Position numbers and translations under genes: made by a program. The notes beneath the pieces were generated by a model. It had not been told where the DNA came from, did no database searches, and was given only the letters and a program-made list of their open reading frames with translations. Below are positions 21,090 to 33,497 of a stretch of 64,000 nucleotides of DNA, piece by piece; position 1 is the first letter of the stretch, and the number at the start of each line of letters is the position of its first letter. Source of the stretch: Rhynchopus sp. YZ270_cl-10 (Eukaryota); the NCBI GenBank assembly GCA_964035575.1, contig OZ037844.1:124001-188000 (forward strand), given 5' to 3'.

Positions 21090-23622
21090 CTAGTGTCTCT
21101 TGTAACGCTTCTTCGACTTGAACGAGACTCCGCTCCTCTCTGTGAACTTCCAGGTCTGTTTGCGGTCCGCCATCTTCTTGCCGCCTCCCTTCTTGTTCTT
21201 TGCGGACTTCTCGAGCTGCAAGAAGAGAAAACAGTAGATTCACATACTTTCACATCAAAGAACTGGGGACCTTATTTATACATCCAATGTATCACCTATC
21301 ACCGGATAGGGGTACATGCATTGAGAACAGACCCTCTTTGTACATCCAAAAGGGAAAAAAAGCGGGGGTGGGGGCATACCTTGCTCTGTTTGCTCTCGCG
21401 ACGCTTTGCGAGCCAGTCCTTCGTGTTGGCCTTCTTGAGCGACATTCCACGTGGCTTCTCGATCTTCTTCGGCTGGTACAACTTTCCGTATTTGTCCGAC
21501 TTTGGCTTGACTTCGGTCTCTTCGGCCTGCTCAGCACGTTCTTCAAGCTTTGTTCTCTGTGGAGGTAGGAGGCGTTCATTTGACGGTTTTTTTAAAAGAA
21601 ATATCAAGAAGCACATACCTTGGACCCGAACTCACCGATCTTCTTGTCGGACGCGTGGAAGGCACCCTGTCCAAGCTCGTAGTCGTCAAGGTCACGCTCT
21701 GCGTCAGCCTCCATCTCCTCACGCGCACGCTTCCTGCTGTCTTTCTTTTCCGTTTCGGTTGCGAACCATGTCGACTTTGGTCTGTATTGTTGTGTTGTTG
21801 TGATGCCTAGTGAGGGTAATTCTTGCGCAGAATAAGGCCCTTAGTGTGTTGTGTCTGAAGGGATAAACGAGAAAGGCTTGAATCATTTCACAAAAGTATT
21901 TTATAAAAATGTAACTCCGTTCCGTGATTTTTAGACATACCGAGACTGGATCTCATCTGCGTAGATAACGTTGTTTCGTTGCTTGTCAAGCTTGCGCTCT
22001 GCGTTGTTGATGGTGCGGTCGAGGCGCTGCTGGTCCACACGCTCCTTCACCTTGTCGCCCAGGTCGTCTATCCGCTTCTGCGCCTCGGCGATGCGTGCTT
22101 CGGGCACAACACGCTTGCGGATCTGCGCCTTGCCAGCAGGGTCGTCGCTCTCACGCTGCGAGATCTTCGACAGCTTTACAATCTTCTTCAGCAACTCTGT
22201 GTCGTGCTTCCCCACGAAGGACACAGACCGCCCACTCTTCCCGATACGTGCCGTACGCCCCACACGGTGCACATACCCTGTGATGTCCGTCGGCAGGTCA
22301 TAGTTGATGACCGTCCGCACCCCGTCAATGTCCAGCCCACGCGCCGCCACCTCAGTCGTGACCAGAACCTGCACCGCACGGTTGCGGAAGTCATCCAATG
22401 CCTGAAGACGTTCGGTCTGCGTCTTCTCCTGATGCAGCTCTGCACAGGAAACACCACTCAGGTGCAGCATCACGTTGACACGCTGCGCACGCGACTTGCT
22501 CTTACAAAACACAATCACGCCCCTCTTAAACTCATGCGTCGTGAGGCACACAATGAGCGGCAGGCGGGAACGGTCCTCCGCACCCTCCTCCTGCGGGAGA
22601 CGGACAAACTCTTGCGTCAGGTTCTGCGACACTGCAACGTGGCCGACGTCGATGTTCATCGGGCGGTCGAGCGAGAGCGAGGCAAGCTCGTTGACCTCCT
22701 TAGTCATGGTGGCGGAGAGGAGGAGCGTCTGGCGCTTCTTCGGGCAGAAGCGGAGAAGCTCTTCGAGCTGCTCGCGGAAGCCGAGGGAGAGAAGGCGGTC
22801 TGCTTCGTCCAGCACTAAAATGTCCAATCCATCAAGCGACACGCCCTGCGCATTGCGCAGCGAGTCAATCAGACGCCCCGGTGTTGCGACAACCGCGTCA
22901 GGACGGTTTCTCAGCTCCCTCTGCTGCGCCGCAACGTTAAGCCCACCAATGACCAGACAACGCCCCATCGTCATCCCCTTCGACAGCTGCTCCAAAGAGT
23001 TGAAGCACTGCACCGCCAGCTCTCTCGTAGGCAGCACAACAACGTATCTGATGCACTGTTTTTGGTATTTGTCGGTCGACCGCTCCACAAAGGACTGAAG
23101 CATAGGAAGCAGGTAGGCGCCGGTCTTTCCTGACCCGGTGACAGCACGGCAGCAGAGGTCGTAGCCATCAAGCGCCGCGGGAAGCGCTTTGCACTGCACC
23201 GGTGTGGGCATCACCCAGCCGCAGTCGGCGACTGCGTGGCGGAGGCTCTTGTGGAGTGGCATGTCGAGCCACGATGTTTTGTCCTGCTCCTGGCCTGACT
23301 CCAGCTTCACTGTCTTCGCGCCTGTCACGCCTGCGGTCGGTGCCGGGGCTGCCTCCTGTTCCTCCTGCTCCTCGTCCTCCTCCATCTCCTCCCCTTCCTC
23401 GTCTGCTTCCGCTTCCTCGTCCTCCTCATCCTCCTCGCCCTCTTCTGCGGCAGCGTCCTCCGACTCCTCCTCCCCGCTCTCCATCGCACCCTGGTCCTCA
23501 ACCTCTTCGCTCTCCTCCCAGGAGTCGCTGTCGTCCTCTTCAGGGTCGTGCTTCCTGTTCAGCGCAACTCCCCTTCCAGGCCCGCTCAGGCCTGAGAAGA
23601 ACCCGGACCTATCCTTATCCAT
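21090..23622 (-). CDS. DDX27: DEAD-box RNA helicase DDX27/Drs1 (60S biogenesis), 4 exons: 21941-23622, 21619-21781, 21380-21556, 21090-21215
   Basis: Motifs PTPVQ, AVTGSGKT, PTRELA, TPGRL, DEAD, SAT, ARGLD, HRVGRTAR and an acidic N-terminus. Splicing three GT-AG introns restores SRPKSTWF and the C-terminal FKSKKRYKRH* typical of Drs1. Confidence 0.92.
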
Positions 23623-24647
23623 GATGCTGTTTGTGTAAAGGGCTCTGGTTTTGTGTGTCGTGGTGGAGAGGAGAAGTTAGATTTGAAATTACAAATCCCG
23701 GTACCGGGGGGGTGGACCCCCAACCATGCAGCGTTACATCCATTTCGTTCCTTAGAAGGGATACTGTAAATCAACGCAATGTTCTCCACAGAGATGGTGG
23801 AGCGATTTGCATGGGTACTGCACTGCACTCACATGAGGAGAAATATGGGTTGCGAAACTCTGTGTTTTCAACCCTATAGATGGTACAAACCGGAAGGTGC
23901 GCTCAGAATGGCGGACGTACGAGGACTTCACGGACGGGAACATGCGTGTGCGGACGGCGCATCGCCGAGGAGCAGGCAGGCTGCCCAAGATAGCGTCGAA
24001 CCTTTCCAAAAAAAAGGAGATTATCGTGTGGGGCGATGTGCACCACACTACTATTCTGCTGAGACGTTACACGTGTGCTTGCCGTATGGCGGCGTTTGGC
24101 ACGAACCTTTTGTAGGCTGGCTCTGCTGAAAAAGAACGACGCGAGAAAAAATAGTTCTGGGGAAAAATGCTCCGAATGGTGCATCGTTGTGCTTGAGAGA
24201 GGTGGAAAGTGGTATTGCGGAAAGTCCACAACCGCAGCGAGGTCAACAGCCCAGTAAACTATGTTTTTGGCCGCACTCCCGGTGGAGGGGCGCGTCGAAG
24301 AGTAGCCAGATGGAGAATGTATTCCACCTAAAGGGGGTGTCGAATGAATCATTGAATGTCGTCAAAAGGTGTGTGGGGGGAAGCATCCCCTCAATCCAGG
24401 AGAACTGAAGAAAACAGAATCGAGAACAAAAAATACTACCGTATTGAATAAAATTTGATGACGTTGCTTTTTTATTTTTGAATTTTTGAAAAAAATAACA
24501 CAAAAAACAATTCTATAATAGGTGGGGGGTGGGGGTGGGAGCAGTACAAAAAAAGAGAGAAAAAGAAAGGTTGGTGAACCTCAGCCTCGAGTGCTTCGTC
24601 ACCTACAAAGAGAGAGAGAGAGAAAGAGAGGAGGGATATAAAAGAAT

Positions 24648-24751
24648 TACCGTCTTCGTAAAAATATTCGACCGTAAAAAAGGACGAACTTCCAGAAAAA
24701 TCCGGAAAAGGACGAACTTTATTACGGTTGAACATATTTACGAAGACGGTA
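24648..24751. mobile_element. About 100-bp TA-flanked MITE
   Basis: taccgtcttcgtaaa...tttacgaagacggta terminal inverted repeat; related copy at 46889-46980. Confidence 0.75.
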
Positions 24752-24893
24752 TAAGATGAACCTAAGCCTCTCTGTGCTCGGTCATCCCTTGTTATGAAAT
24801 GCTTTTTGGAGAGGGGGAATGCATTCGTAATACCACCTGATTTTTACCCCGCGTAAAGGCGCGTAAAGGCTAAATAGATGCACTACAAAACAA

Positions 24894-25029
24894 AAAGTGT
24901 CACTTGTCGTTCCCTCACCCCCCTTCTTGTAGTTGTTTGATGCGTTGACGCTTCCACACACACTACAAATCACCTGTTGGTTGGTGGTGTTGCGGAGCAC
25001 GGTTGGGTGAGTGAACGACGTGAAACTTT
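24894..25029. mobile_element. About 135-bp MITE-like repeat
   Basis: aaagtgtcac..tcgttccctcacc / ggtgagtgaacgacgtga(a/c)acttt inverted ends; near-identical copy at 58169-58304. Confidence 0.7.
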
Positions 25030-25730
25030 CCGCTCACAAAGTAGTGTGCGTTAAAAAAAAATGTGTTTCTTTTTTGAGGTAAATGCTGCTGTACAAAAAC
25101 AGCGTTCCCCTCCGCTCTTTCCACAATGTAGTGAAAAATGACAATTTTTTTTTTAAAGAGCACACAAATCAAGTCACTGCCGAGCAACTTGACTTTATAT
25201 TATTTTTGGGGTGCTTTCATTTTTTTCGTTCAAAAAATGTACAAAAAAAAAAAAAACAGAAAAATGGGGTTGAACTGCCTCTGCAACGCAACCATATCTA
25301 ATAATAAGACCGACACCCACACAAAAATAGTAGTTAAAACGCAGCTTGGTCGTGCTCTGCAACGAGCTCATGCAGCACAGGAGTACAAGGAGTACTATCT
25401 CCCATTGCGTACACCACCTGTCAAGTGGAGGGAAAGGACTGCGTAGTAACACAAAAAACAACAGACTTCTCAATAAAAGGCCGGCTGTACTGAATAATGT
25501 CAAAACAGACATGGCTTTTTTTAACTGTGTTTTCTTGCCCCATGGTCTAAAAAAAATACCCAAAATAATTAATAATTAACACCAGGAATACAATCATACA
25601 ATAAAATTCAAAAACAGGGAGGGAATATGGGAGGACAGAAGAGACCCATGCAAAATCTCTACTTTTTCCCATCTTTTTTTTAACACACATTTCTTTCGTT
25701 CTAACTTCGACTTTTTTTCAATCCTCTCTC

Positions 25731-27628
25731 TTACCGCCCTACACCGCCCATATTCTCATAGGCACGTCTCTGGAGCGAAGCCATCAAATTGAATGTGTTC
25801 GTCGCTTGGCTTGCAGGACGTGGAGGGGATATGCCGGCACGCACACGGGATGTGTTCACACCTCCCGTGTGTGTCACAACACCACCACCGGCACTCACAT
25901 GCTGTGGAGCGAGGGGCCCGCTACGGCCTGGTGTGGTCTGGAGACGTTGCTGCTGCTGCACAACAGGCACCGGGACGTAGGAGACGACGGGAGAGACCTG
26001 GGGTGGGAGTGGTGCTGGCATCTGAGGAGGGTTTGCGGCAAGCGTTGCAGGTGAGGTCGCCCCATACATGGGCGAGTACGGTGCGATGTGCGTCTCGGGG
26101 GGCGGCATCGTGTGTGCGGCCATGGTTATAGCTTGCTGTGCCTTCGTCTTCTCCCTGTCCAGCTCCACCTGGCGGTGCTCGAGTTGTCTCTGTGAAGACT
26201 CGTAGTACCCCTTGATGGTCTGCGCGCTGCTCAGGAGAGTCTCGATCTCGCTGGTTTTGCTTTGGTTGGCGTGCCGCAGCTGCTCCACTACGCCATGCAG
26301 TTCCTTTGGAAAGGTGTTGTTGTTTTTTGAAATGGGTTGTAGAATTGTGGGTGAAACATGGCGACCTTACCGTCGTGATGACATCATGTTAAAATGATAA
26401 GCACGTCATGTGATATGATTTTGTTTGATGGGATGACTTCCTTAACAAAAGCGTGTTCAATAAATGGGGGAGTGTATACCATGATGAGCTCTCTACCCTC
26501 TTCGCCTTCTTCTCTGAGAAGGTCGTTTTCGCGACGCACCTGTTTTGAGAGTTTTGAGAATGAAGAAGAAAAATGCAAGACTCGCATCGAAGGGGGGTTA
26601 CCATTCGCTTTTCTAATGGTGTTGCATAAAAGATTGAACGTCAAGCCTCAAAAGGACATCGGAGAGGACCCAAACTCAAAAAAAGGGTAATTGAAACGTA
26701 CTAAACGGGAGGGTAAAAATAAAGGTTGCTTGTTGTTCGCTTCCAATGTGTTTACAAAAAGAATCAATATGTCTTACGTACATATCACTTAACATACCCT
26801 CTCCATCTCGGACTGCCCTTGAATCTCTGTGCGTATCCGTTGCGACTCACGCACCCTCAGATCTTCAAGCTCCTGCTGCTGTTGGTGTTGCTGCTGCTGC
26901 TGCTGCTGTTGCTGCTGCTGGTAGGCCTGGGTCTCCTGCGCTACCTGCTCCTGGTCGCGCTTCTGCAGCACTGTCGTGAGCTGCTCCACCTGCTGGTGCA
27001 GCGACTGCATGGCCATATCCTTCTCGGCCTCCTTCATGCGCTGCGTCTGCACCTGGTCCTGGATGGTCCTCATTGTCTCGATGGTGTTCCTACGCTCCTC
27101 CTTTGCAGCCTCTGCGGCTTGGTCCTCTCTGCGTCTTTGCTCATCCGTGTCACGTCTCCTATGGGCGTCTTGCGCGATGTCGACCAACTGCTGAATCTTC
27201 GTCTCCAACGCACTCATCTCGGTCCTCTGCTGTGTCAGAAGCTTGTCATGCAACGTCGCCACCACTTCATGCAGTTCATCTCTGGTTGCCACACCTCTTG
27301 GGGGTGACGGCGGCACGGCAACAGGGGGAAGGTTGGGGAAAATCGTTGGCGATAAAGGCGGTGGTAAGGTTCCAGCAGAGGGAGGAGGTGAGCGGGCCTG
27401 CGGGCCCAGGACGGAGGTCAGGTCCGGCGGGAGGTAGTCAAAGTTCCAGGCCGGGTATTTGACCTGCATAGCGCGGATGACGACGTCCTCCTGCCCGCGG
27501 TACTGCTCGAGGATGGCGTCGACAGATGACAGCTTCTCGGGCACGTGGCGTGAGTAGAACGCAAGCATCTTCCGCCTCACGACCTCACGCTGCGTCAGCC
27601 CCTCCCCCATCGCACTCGGGGCCAGCAT
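25731..27628 (-). CDS. Coiled-coil, Q/P-rich hypothetical protein, 3 exons: 26798-27628, 26480-26539, 25731-26303
   Basis: Two phase-0 GT-AG introns join three open frames (...EMER|VRREND...ELIM|ELHGVVEQLR...). N-terminal helical motif AFYSRHVPEKLSSVDAILEQYRGQED. Confidence 0.75.
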
Positions 27629-28059
27629 CGTACGTTGCTTCTGAAAAAGGAGGAAGTGGACGGGGAGGGGAGGGGGGGAGGGGGAGGAGGGGAATCTGAA
27701 AAAAGATGTTCAAGATTTGTTGCATTTTTTTGAAGATATTGTTAGACTGCTGAAATATGAGACCCCTGTGTGTGCACTCGAGGTGTGGAATTCAAAAAAT
27801 TTCCCAATTTTCCTAAGATTTTCAAAGATCTTCAAAAAATCTTGATAAAATCTTGAAAAATCTCCCACAGTGGACACCAAAATCTTACTTCAAGATTCTT
27901 TTCTTTATGTGTAAATTAAAGGAGAGAACTCTCCCATTCTGAAGGGACACGACAGTGCCCCATCCCAATGGTTAAATTTTCCGAATACAAAACCCACCCT
28001 TTTTTTTTGGTACGTTAACACCAAAAAGGTACCCAAAAAAAATACACCATTTTCAACTC

Positions 28060-31000
28060 TTAATCATTAATCTTCACTGTGATCGCTACGCACTCTGTCG
28101 TCCACTCTGTGGGTATCAGATCTAGGAGGTATGTGTACCGCATCACGGACTTGAGATCTGGTGCAAAGGCGGCTATTGGCAGGCTCAGGGCAACTTCCTT
28201 AATGCCTGCAGCAACTGCACGGTTCACTTCGTTGATGATCTTTCCTATGCCACTGCGTACACGAGGGTCGGGAATGGCGTAGTGCTTCTGCAACACCCGG
28301 TAGCTCCGTGCGGTCACAGTCACCCTCTCAATGTCATCCGGACACGAGAACACCTCGCCGTTCCAGAGACGTGGAGTGCTGTGAACGGGCTTGGTTTCTT
28401 TGTTGGTCTCGATGTGTTTCATCTCGGCATGCTCCAGAAGCGCGTCGACGTCCTTCTCTGGTGTACCATAATCGAATTTTCGCCGCATCAATTGGATGTA
28501 CGATATCCCAGTTAGGTCTGCCATGTCCATGTCTTCAAGGCGTTTGCGTAGTGGAATTGCTTCTGCCGGAGTGTGCCGACGGATGTCAAGCTCGGAGCGC
28601 AACCTCCGCCACTCCTCGCGCTTCGCTTTGTAAGAGATGGGGAGGATCGTCTTCTCTCTGGTGCAGGGCTCCAGGTTCTTCTCGTCCGAGGTAGCGGCGA
28701 GCATGGCCCTTCTTAGTCGAGCCTCTTCTGCAGCAGCTTCCTCACGTTTTACATCATCAAAGTCTTCGAACGCATCTTCCGCTTCAGTTTTAGCTTTCAA
28801 CACTGCCTCTTCTGGCGTGATTTCTGCTGTTTTTTCCATATCTTCTTTCGTTGCAACATTCTCCTCTGACGCTCCTGCAAAGAAGTCTGCAACGCCTTGA
28901 GAAATTACATTGTTTTCAGGAATTTTCGCCAAAAGCCTTGCACGCTCTTGCTCACGAATACGATCCTCCGGCCACGTCTCAGACTTGCTGTGAAGTTCAC
29001 GGAAAAAGGCAAGCTCTGTGTCTCTGCAGAGTGCAGCATCTTTGGGGTCGTATTCCGTTTGCGGTGTGGTTTCGACGGTGATGAGAGGTGTCGCGTGGAG
29101 ACGCAGGCTTGAGAAGGCGTGGCCAGGTTTGTCCTTCTCTGTCGACGAGAGCAGCGCGTCGTGGCAGGAGCTTTCGTTGCGTTGGCTGTCTGCGTGGACG
29201 CGGTTGACTGCGTCGAGCCTATAGGGGGCGCTACTCCCATCAGCCTTCATGAAGCATATAGTCTCATCTATACGAGACGAATAGTCCAGTGGAAGGACCG
29301 GAAGCACACTATTAGTCTTAGGGTGTTTGAAGCGGCGGACAACGAGGTCAGCTGGGATAGAGTGATAAGCAACGCGGAGACCCTTTTTGCGTGTCGTTTC
29401 GAGTTGATCTCTTGCTAAGGCTATTGAATTGCGTTCGTCATCAATGATGGACTCTAGGGGTAGCATGTCGACTGTGTGGTGGTGGCCTAGTTCCTGTTCT
29501 CGTGCCTCGGTCCTGGCTGCAGTGTGTATCAAATCGTCTTCGCCTACGTCTGTTTCAAGTGTTGTCATCAATTCTGTGACCTTCGCAATGTCTGCCTCGA
29601 GACGCGTCATCTCCTTTCGCTCTGCTTCTCCTTCCTCCTCGTTTACTTCGCTCACAACGCTTCCTTCTGGGCTGTAGAGATGCTCCTGTCCTGGTGTGAC
29701 CTCAAGGTTCCCATCGACACTCCGGTTTTCAAATGCTTCTCGGTCTTCGTCACGACGTTCCAAGCGTTTTAGGACAGCGGAGAGCCGCTGTGCTGCGTCG
29801 CGCTCCTCTGATGTGTCGGATGGTGCGGTAGGGGAAGGTAGGGTCGAATGTTCTTCCTCCTCCTCAGCTTGTTCTTCGGTCAAAAAGTATTTTTTGGTGC
29901 ATATAGTGTGGATACGGTCTTCAAGACGTCGTTCTTCTGCATCAAGGGGAGAGCCTTCGGGTGGGGTGGTTGATTCTGGTGGTGGGGACTTTCGTTTTCT
30001 TCGTGTGACGTGTTTGCGAGAGGTGTCGTGCAAGAGAGCGTCAGCGGGGCGTGTCCCTGTGACAAGCTGTTTTAATAGAGCAGAGTTGCGTCTCTGTTGT
30101 TTGCGCTGCTGTTTGGTGCACACAATGTCTTCGACGTCAGGGTCCTCTTCACCGTTGTCGCCGTCAGAATCATAAGGCGGTAGTTTCAATAAGGCACGTT
30201 CCCCTTTTAGTCTGACAGAATGTCTCGCAAGAAAGTCATAAAGATTTCCAGAAAAACTCCGGAACTTATGCAACGTTGTATCCAACGCTTCATAGAGCGA
30301 GCCTCTGGTGACAATCACTTCACACCCTTTTGTGGAAAGCACTTCACAAGACGTGAGAGTATCAAACGATGATTTGGCTGCAGCGACAACAGCATCGGCA
30401 GCGAGACACTGTTTTTTGTGGAGACGCTCGAAAACGGAAAAACCGTCTGCGGTGGTACGGAGCTGGGTGGCGCATTGATGTGCTAGGCGGGTCTCCTCTT
30501 GTATACGCTTTGCACGGGTTTTCATGGTGTTCAGCTCTTGTTCGATGGTGTGGCAGAGGTTGGAAATGAGGGTCGCCCCTTTTGCTTGCATTTCGTTGAG
30601 AATGGAGGCAGCGTGGGTGTGGCGGTGTTGTTGTTGCTGTGTGCGTGCTGTGGTGGTGTTGATTTCGGTGGTGACTTCGGTGTGGCAGAGGGTGAGCTGC
30701 CTTCGGTGCTCCTCCGCTTGCACGCACTGCGCCTCTTGGAGTATCGCTGCGTCCCGAAGAGCGGAAATACCCCGCTTCTTTTGCATCTCCACTGCCTCCG
30801 CTTCGCTTCGCATTGCACTAAGTTTTTGCTTCATGAGGCCAGAGCTGTGCAACGACACATTCACATAACTGTACACCTCCTGCCTTTCGAGGAGCAGCGA
30901 CCCGGATTCTCGAAAATCAAAAATTTTGTTTTCGTGGCATTTTAGACAGTTCAGCGCGACCCGAATCTGTTGTGACAACGCATCGTATGTCTCCGTAGCG

Positions 31001-31743
31001 TCCTTCTGCGACGCGCTTAACGCCGCAATGCTGCGCAACGTGGTGTCAATGCATTTAACAGTCTCATCGCTATAGGCGGCGCAGTGCTTCTCAATGCACC
31101 GAGCCACAGCGGTGCCCTCATGCGCTTCGCACAACCCTTCCAACTTAAATAAATCCACAGCTTCACGAAGCGCTACCATCGTCCCTTCAGCCACACCACT
31201 CAACCCTACTGGGATGTCCCACGTTGGCAGTTCTTCGGGTATGTCTTCTTGGTCTAGCATGGTCGTTGTATGGACACCTTGTGAGATGTTGTCAACCTCC
31301 GCAGAAGCAGGGCTGACCTGGAGAGAGCTCTGTTGAGGAGCGTGCGGTTCTGGGTCGAAGTCCTGGGGTGTGGTGGTGATGGCAGCACTCCCATCCTCGC
31401 GTAGGGAGAGAGGGGCGTGTTCCCTAGCTGTCTCAGTTTGGTCTTGAAGTGCTTCGTGCGGGTCTGGCTCTGGAGGGTGTGGACTCGGAACCCCATCCGA
31501 AGAGGAAGGACTGTGCAGGTCCTGGGGTTGGTCTGGTTGAGACGGTGAGGCTGGAGGCTCTGTCTGGGTGGGTGGGGTCTGCTTGAAATCGGGGTTTGAA
31601 TTGGGATTTGAAAGCGTGTGTTCAGAGTCTGTCGCAAGATGCCCGCTGTGTGCACTGTGGGGTTGTGTGGTGGCAGCTACGGACGCCAGCCCCGAAGCCT
31701 CCCGAAGGATTATTTGCAGCGCATTGGTGAGTTCCTGCTCCAT
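28060..31743 (-). CDS. Hypothetical 1227-aa protein (disordered N-terminus, coiled-coil and acidic segments)
   Basis: 3.7-kb uninterrupted ORF on the same strand as its neighbours with a C-rich tract upstream; no family recognised. Confidence 0.8.
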   Translation of the reverse strand: MEQELTNALQIILREASGLASVAATTQPHSAHSGHLATDSEHTLSNPNSNPDFKQTPPTQTEPPASPSQPDQPQDLHSPSSSDGVPSPHPPEPDPHEALQDQTETAREHAPLSLREDGSAAITTTPQDFDPEPHAPQQSSLQVSPASAEVDNISQGVHTTTMLDQEDIPEELPTWDIPVGLSGVAEGTMVALREAVDLFKLEGLCEAHEGTAVARCIEKHCAAYSDETVKCIDTTLRSIAALSASQKDATETYDALSQQIRVALNCLKCHENKIFDFRESGSLLLERQEVYSYVNVSLHSSGLMKQKLSAMRSEAEAVEMQKKRGISALRDAAILQEAQCVQAEEHRRQLTLCHTEVTTEINTTTARTQQQQHRHTHAASILNEMQAKGATLISNLCHTIEQELNTMKTRAKRIQEETRLAHQCATQLRTTADGFSVFERLHKKQCLAADAVVAAAKSSFDTLTSCEVLSTKGCEVIVTRGSLYEALDTTLHKFRSFSGNLYDFLARHSVRLKGERALLKLPPYDSDGDNGEEDPDVEDIVCTKQQRKQQRRNSALLKQLVTGTRPADALLHDTSRKHVTRRKRKSPPPESTTPPEGSPLDAEERRLEDRIHTICTKKYFLTEEQAEEEEEHSTLPSPTAPSDTSEERDAAQRLSAVLKRLERRDEDREAFENRSVDGNLEVTPGQEHLYSPEGSVVSEVNEEEGEAERKEMTRLEADIAKVTELMTTLETDVGEDDLIHTAARTEAREQELGHHHTVDMLPLESIIDDERNSIALARDQLETTRKKGLRVAYHSIPADLVVRRFKHPKTNSVLPVLPLDYSSRIDETICFMKADGSSAPYRLDAVNRVHADSQRNESSCHDALLSSTEKDKPGHAFSSLRLHATPLITVETTPQTEYDPKDAALCRDTELAFFRELHSKSETWPEDRIREQERARLLAKIPENNVISQGVADFFAGASEENVATKEDMEKTAEITPEEAVLKAKTEAEDAFEDFDDVKREEAAAEEARLRRAMLAATSDEKNLEPCTREKTILPISYKAKREEWRRLRSELDIRRHTPAEAIPLRKRLEDMDMADLTGISYIQLMRRKFDYGTPEKDVDALLEHAEMKHIETNKETKPVHSTPRLWNGEVFSCPDDIERVTVTARSYRVLQKHYAIPDPRVRSGIGKIINEVNRAVAAGIKEVALSLPIAAFAPDLKSVMRYTYLLDLIPTEWTTECVAITVKIND

Positions 31744-32265
31744 GTGTGTGTGGGGGAGGGGGAGGGGGTCCTGGGGGAGAGGGGTGATGCGTTGCGAATG
31801 TGTACAGTGAAAAACTAAAACGTGATGAGGGGGAACGCAACTTTTTTTGTGTTTTTTTTCAAAAAGTGAAAACGGAAAGTAAATGTTTTATGCACAAGTT
31901 GAAAAAGAAAAAAAACGTAAACGAGGCTACTTGAACAAGGCCACAGCCACACCGATGCACCTTCGTGTCTATCTGGCTAGTGTTTGTTTCGATAGAAGGG
32001 GCTATAACTTTATTCTGTACGTTCAAAACACGATAAAAAAAAATGGGGTATCACTCTGCCCAATAATGCTCAATGATTAGGAATCGTTTTAGCGGATCCG
32101 ATGCTATTGCCTAGGGTGCCCTTTGCCCCTCGAGGACAAAGAACCTGCTTAATATTAACCATCCTGCCTTGTCAAAGCAATTCGCACATCACCAAATCAC
32201 AATTATTGGAAAAATGGTATTATGATGTCCAAGGAAAACAGCGCATATGACTGCAATCGTGCGAT

Positions 32266-33348
32266 TCAAGGCCGATGCGAGATGTCAACAATCTCAACAC
32301 CCTCGTCCCTGCCGTACATCACCGCATCACCACAGCTGCTCACTGCAAGACCGAAATTGCTCTCGGCAACCTCAAGGTGCACGAGCTTCTGCCATGTTGA
32401 GATGGACCACACGCACAATTTTTTGGAAAAGTAGGCAGCAACAATGTCGTTGGACACAGCAACATCAGTCCACCTGCTTTCTGAGACGTCTTCAAATACA
32501 CATTCACCTGTTGCAATGTTCCAGACACGCACATGTGTGTTGCTACACGCTGAAATGAAACGCTGATTCGGTGTCAGTGCCACATAATTTACATTCAAAG
32601 GGCACGCCAGAACAAGCACCTCCACCCCTGTCGTGTAGTCCCAGATGGTAACTACGTTGCTGCTCTGCGCAAACATCGCCACCTTGTCGCCTGCCACAAC
32701 CATCACACAGCACCTCACAATGTGGTCCCATTCATGCACAACAACGCCTGTTGCAATGTCCCACACCTGCAAACCCTTGTTTTTGCATCCCGACAACAGC
32801 TTTGTTCCACAGGGTGACCATGCCGTGCCCCACCTCTCATCACCTGCATCTCCAAAGGAGTGCTTCAATGTACCCGTATTCACGTTATGAACTTCGGCGC
32901 ACTCCAGGCTCTCGTTGACAGATGATATCCACTGACTGCACGGTGAGAAGGATGGGGAGGAAAACGGTTCGGCAGGGAAGTAACACAAGCTCTCATGTGT
33001 TCTTGTGTCGAAGATGGACACACCATTCTCCTGACACATCACTGCAAGGTACCTGTCACACGGGGAGAGTGTGAGGGAGTAAGTCTCACTCAAACCTCGT
33101 ATCACCCCAGGAGTGATGTTGGCACCAGTGTAGTACAGCTCAACGGCACATCCCTCATCCATCTCCGTGTCGCAGATGCGCAAGTCGTCGTTGCCGATGT
33201 CGCCACCGCCTCTCATCCGCACACCAACATGCCGAGCACGAGGCACGCCAAGCTCCGCAACAATCTTCCCCTTCACCTGTGCAAGGGTGGCGTTCCCGTC
33301 CACTTCTATCACACAGCTTGCAGACTCGAAGTGTCCTGTGATGTCCAT
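32266..33348 (-). CDS. Ubl-WD40 array copy 1
   Basis: MDITGHFESASCVIEVDG... Ubl-like N-terminus plus seven propeller blades (ending SIFD, EVHN, QVWD, TIWD, RVWN, CVWS, EIVD). Confidence 0.88.
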   Translation of the reverse strand: MDITGHFESASCVIEVDGNATLAQVKGKIVAELGVPRARHVGVRMRGGGDIGNDDLRICDTEMDEGCAVELYYTGANITPGVIRGLSETYSLTLSPCDRYLAVMCQENGVSIFDTRTHESLCYFPAEPFSSPSFSPCSQWISSVNESLECAEVHNVNTGTLKHSFGDAGDERWGTAWSPCGTKLLSGCKNKGLQVWDIATGVVVHEWDHIVRCCVMVVAGDKVAMFAQSSNVVTIWDYTTGVEVLVLACPLNVNYVALTPNQRFISACSNTHVRVWNIATGECVFEDVSESRWTDVAVSNDIVAAYFSKKLCVWSISTWQKLVHLEVAESNFGLAVSSCGDAVMYGRDEGVEIVDISHRP

Positions 33349-33497
33349 GTTCAAAGGGTAACTCTGTTCTGTGGGACTGGTGTGTGGGGAGGACAGAGAA
33401 GAGGGGTGGTGTGAAGGAAACGGGGTAAGCTTTCATTTGCAAACAAGAGAGATAACACCTCACACAGTTAGAAGTCCAGATCTACGTGGAAGTGGGT

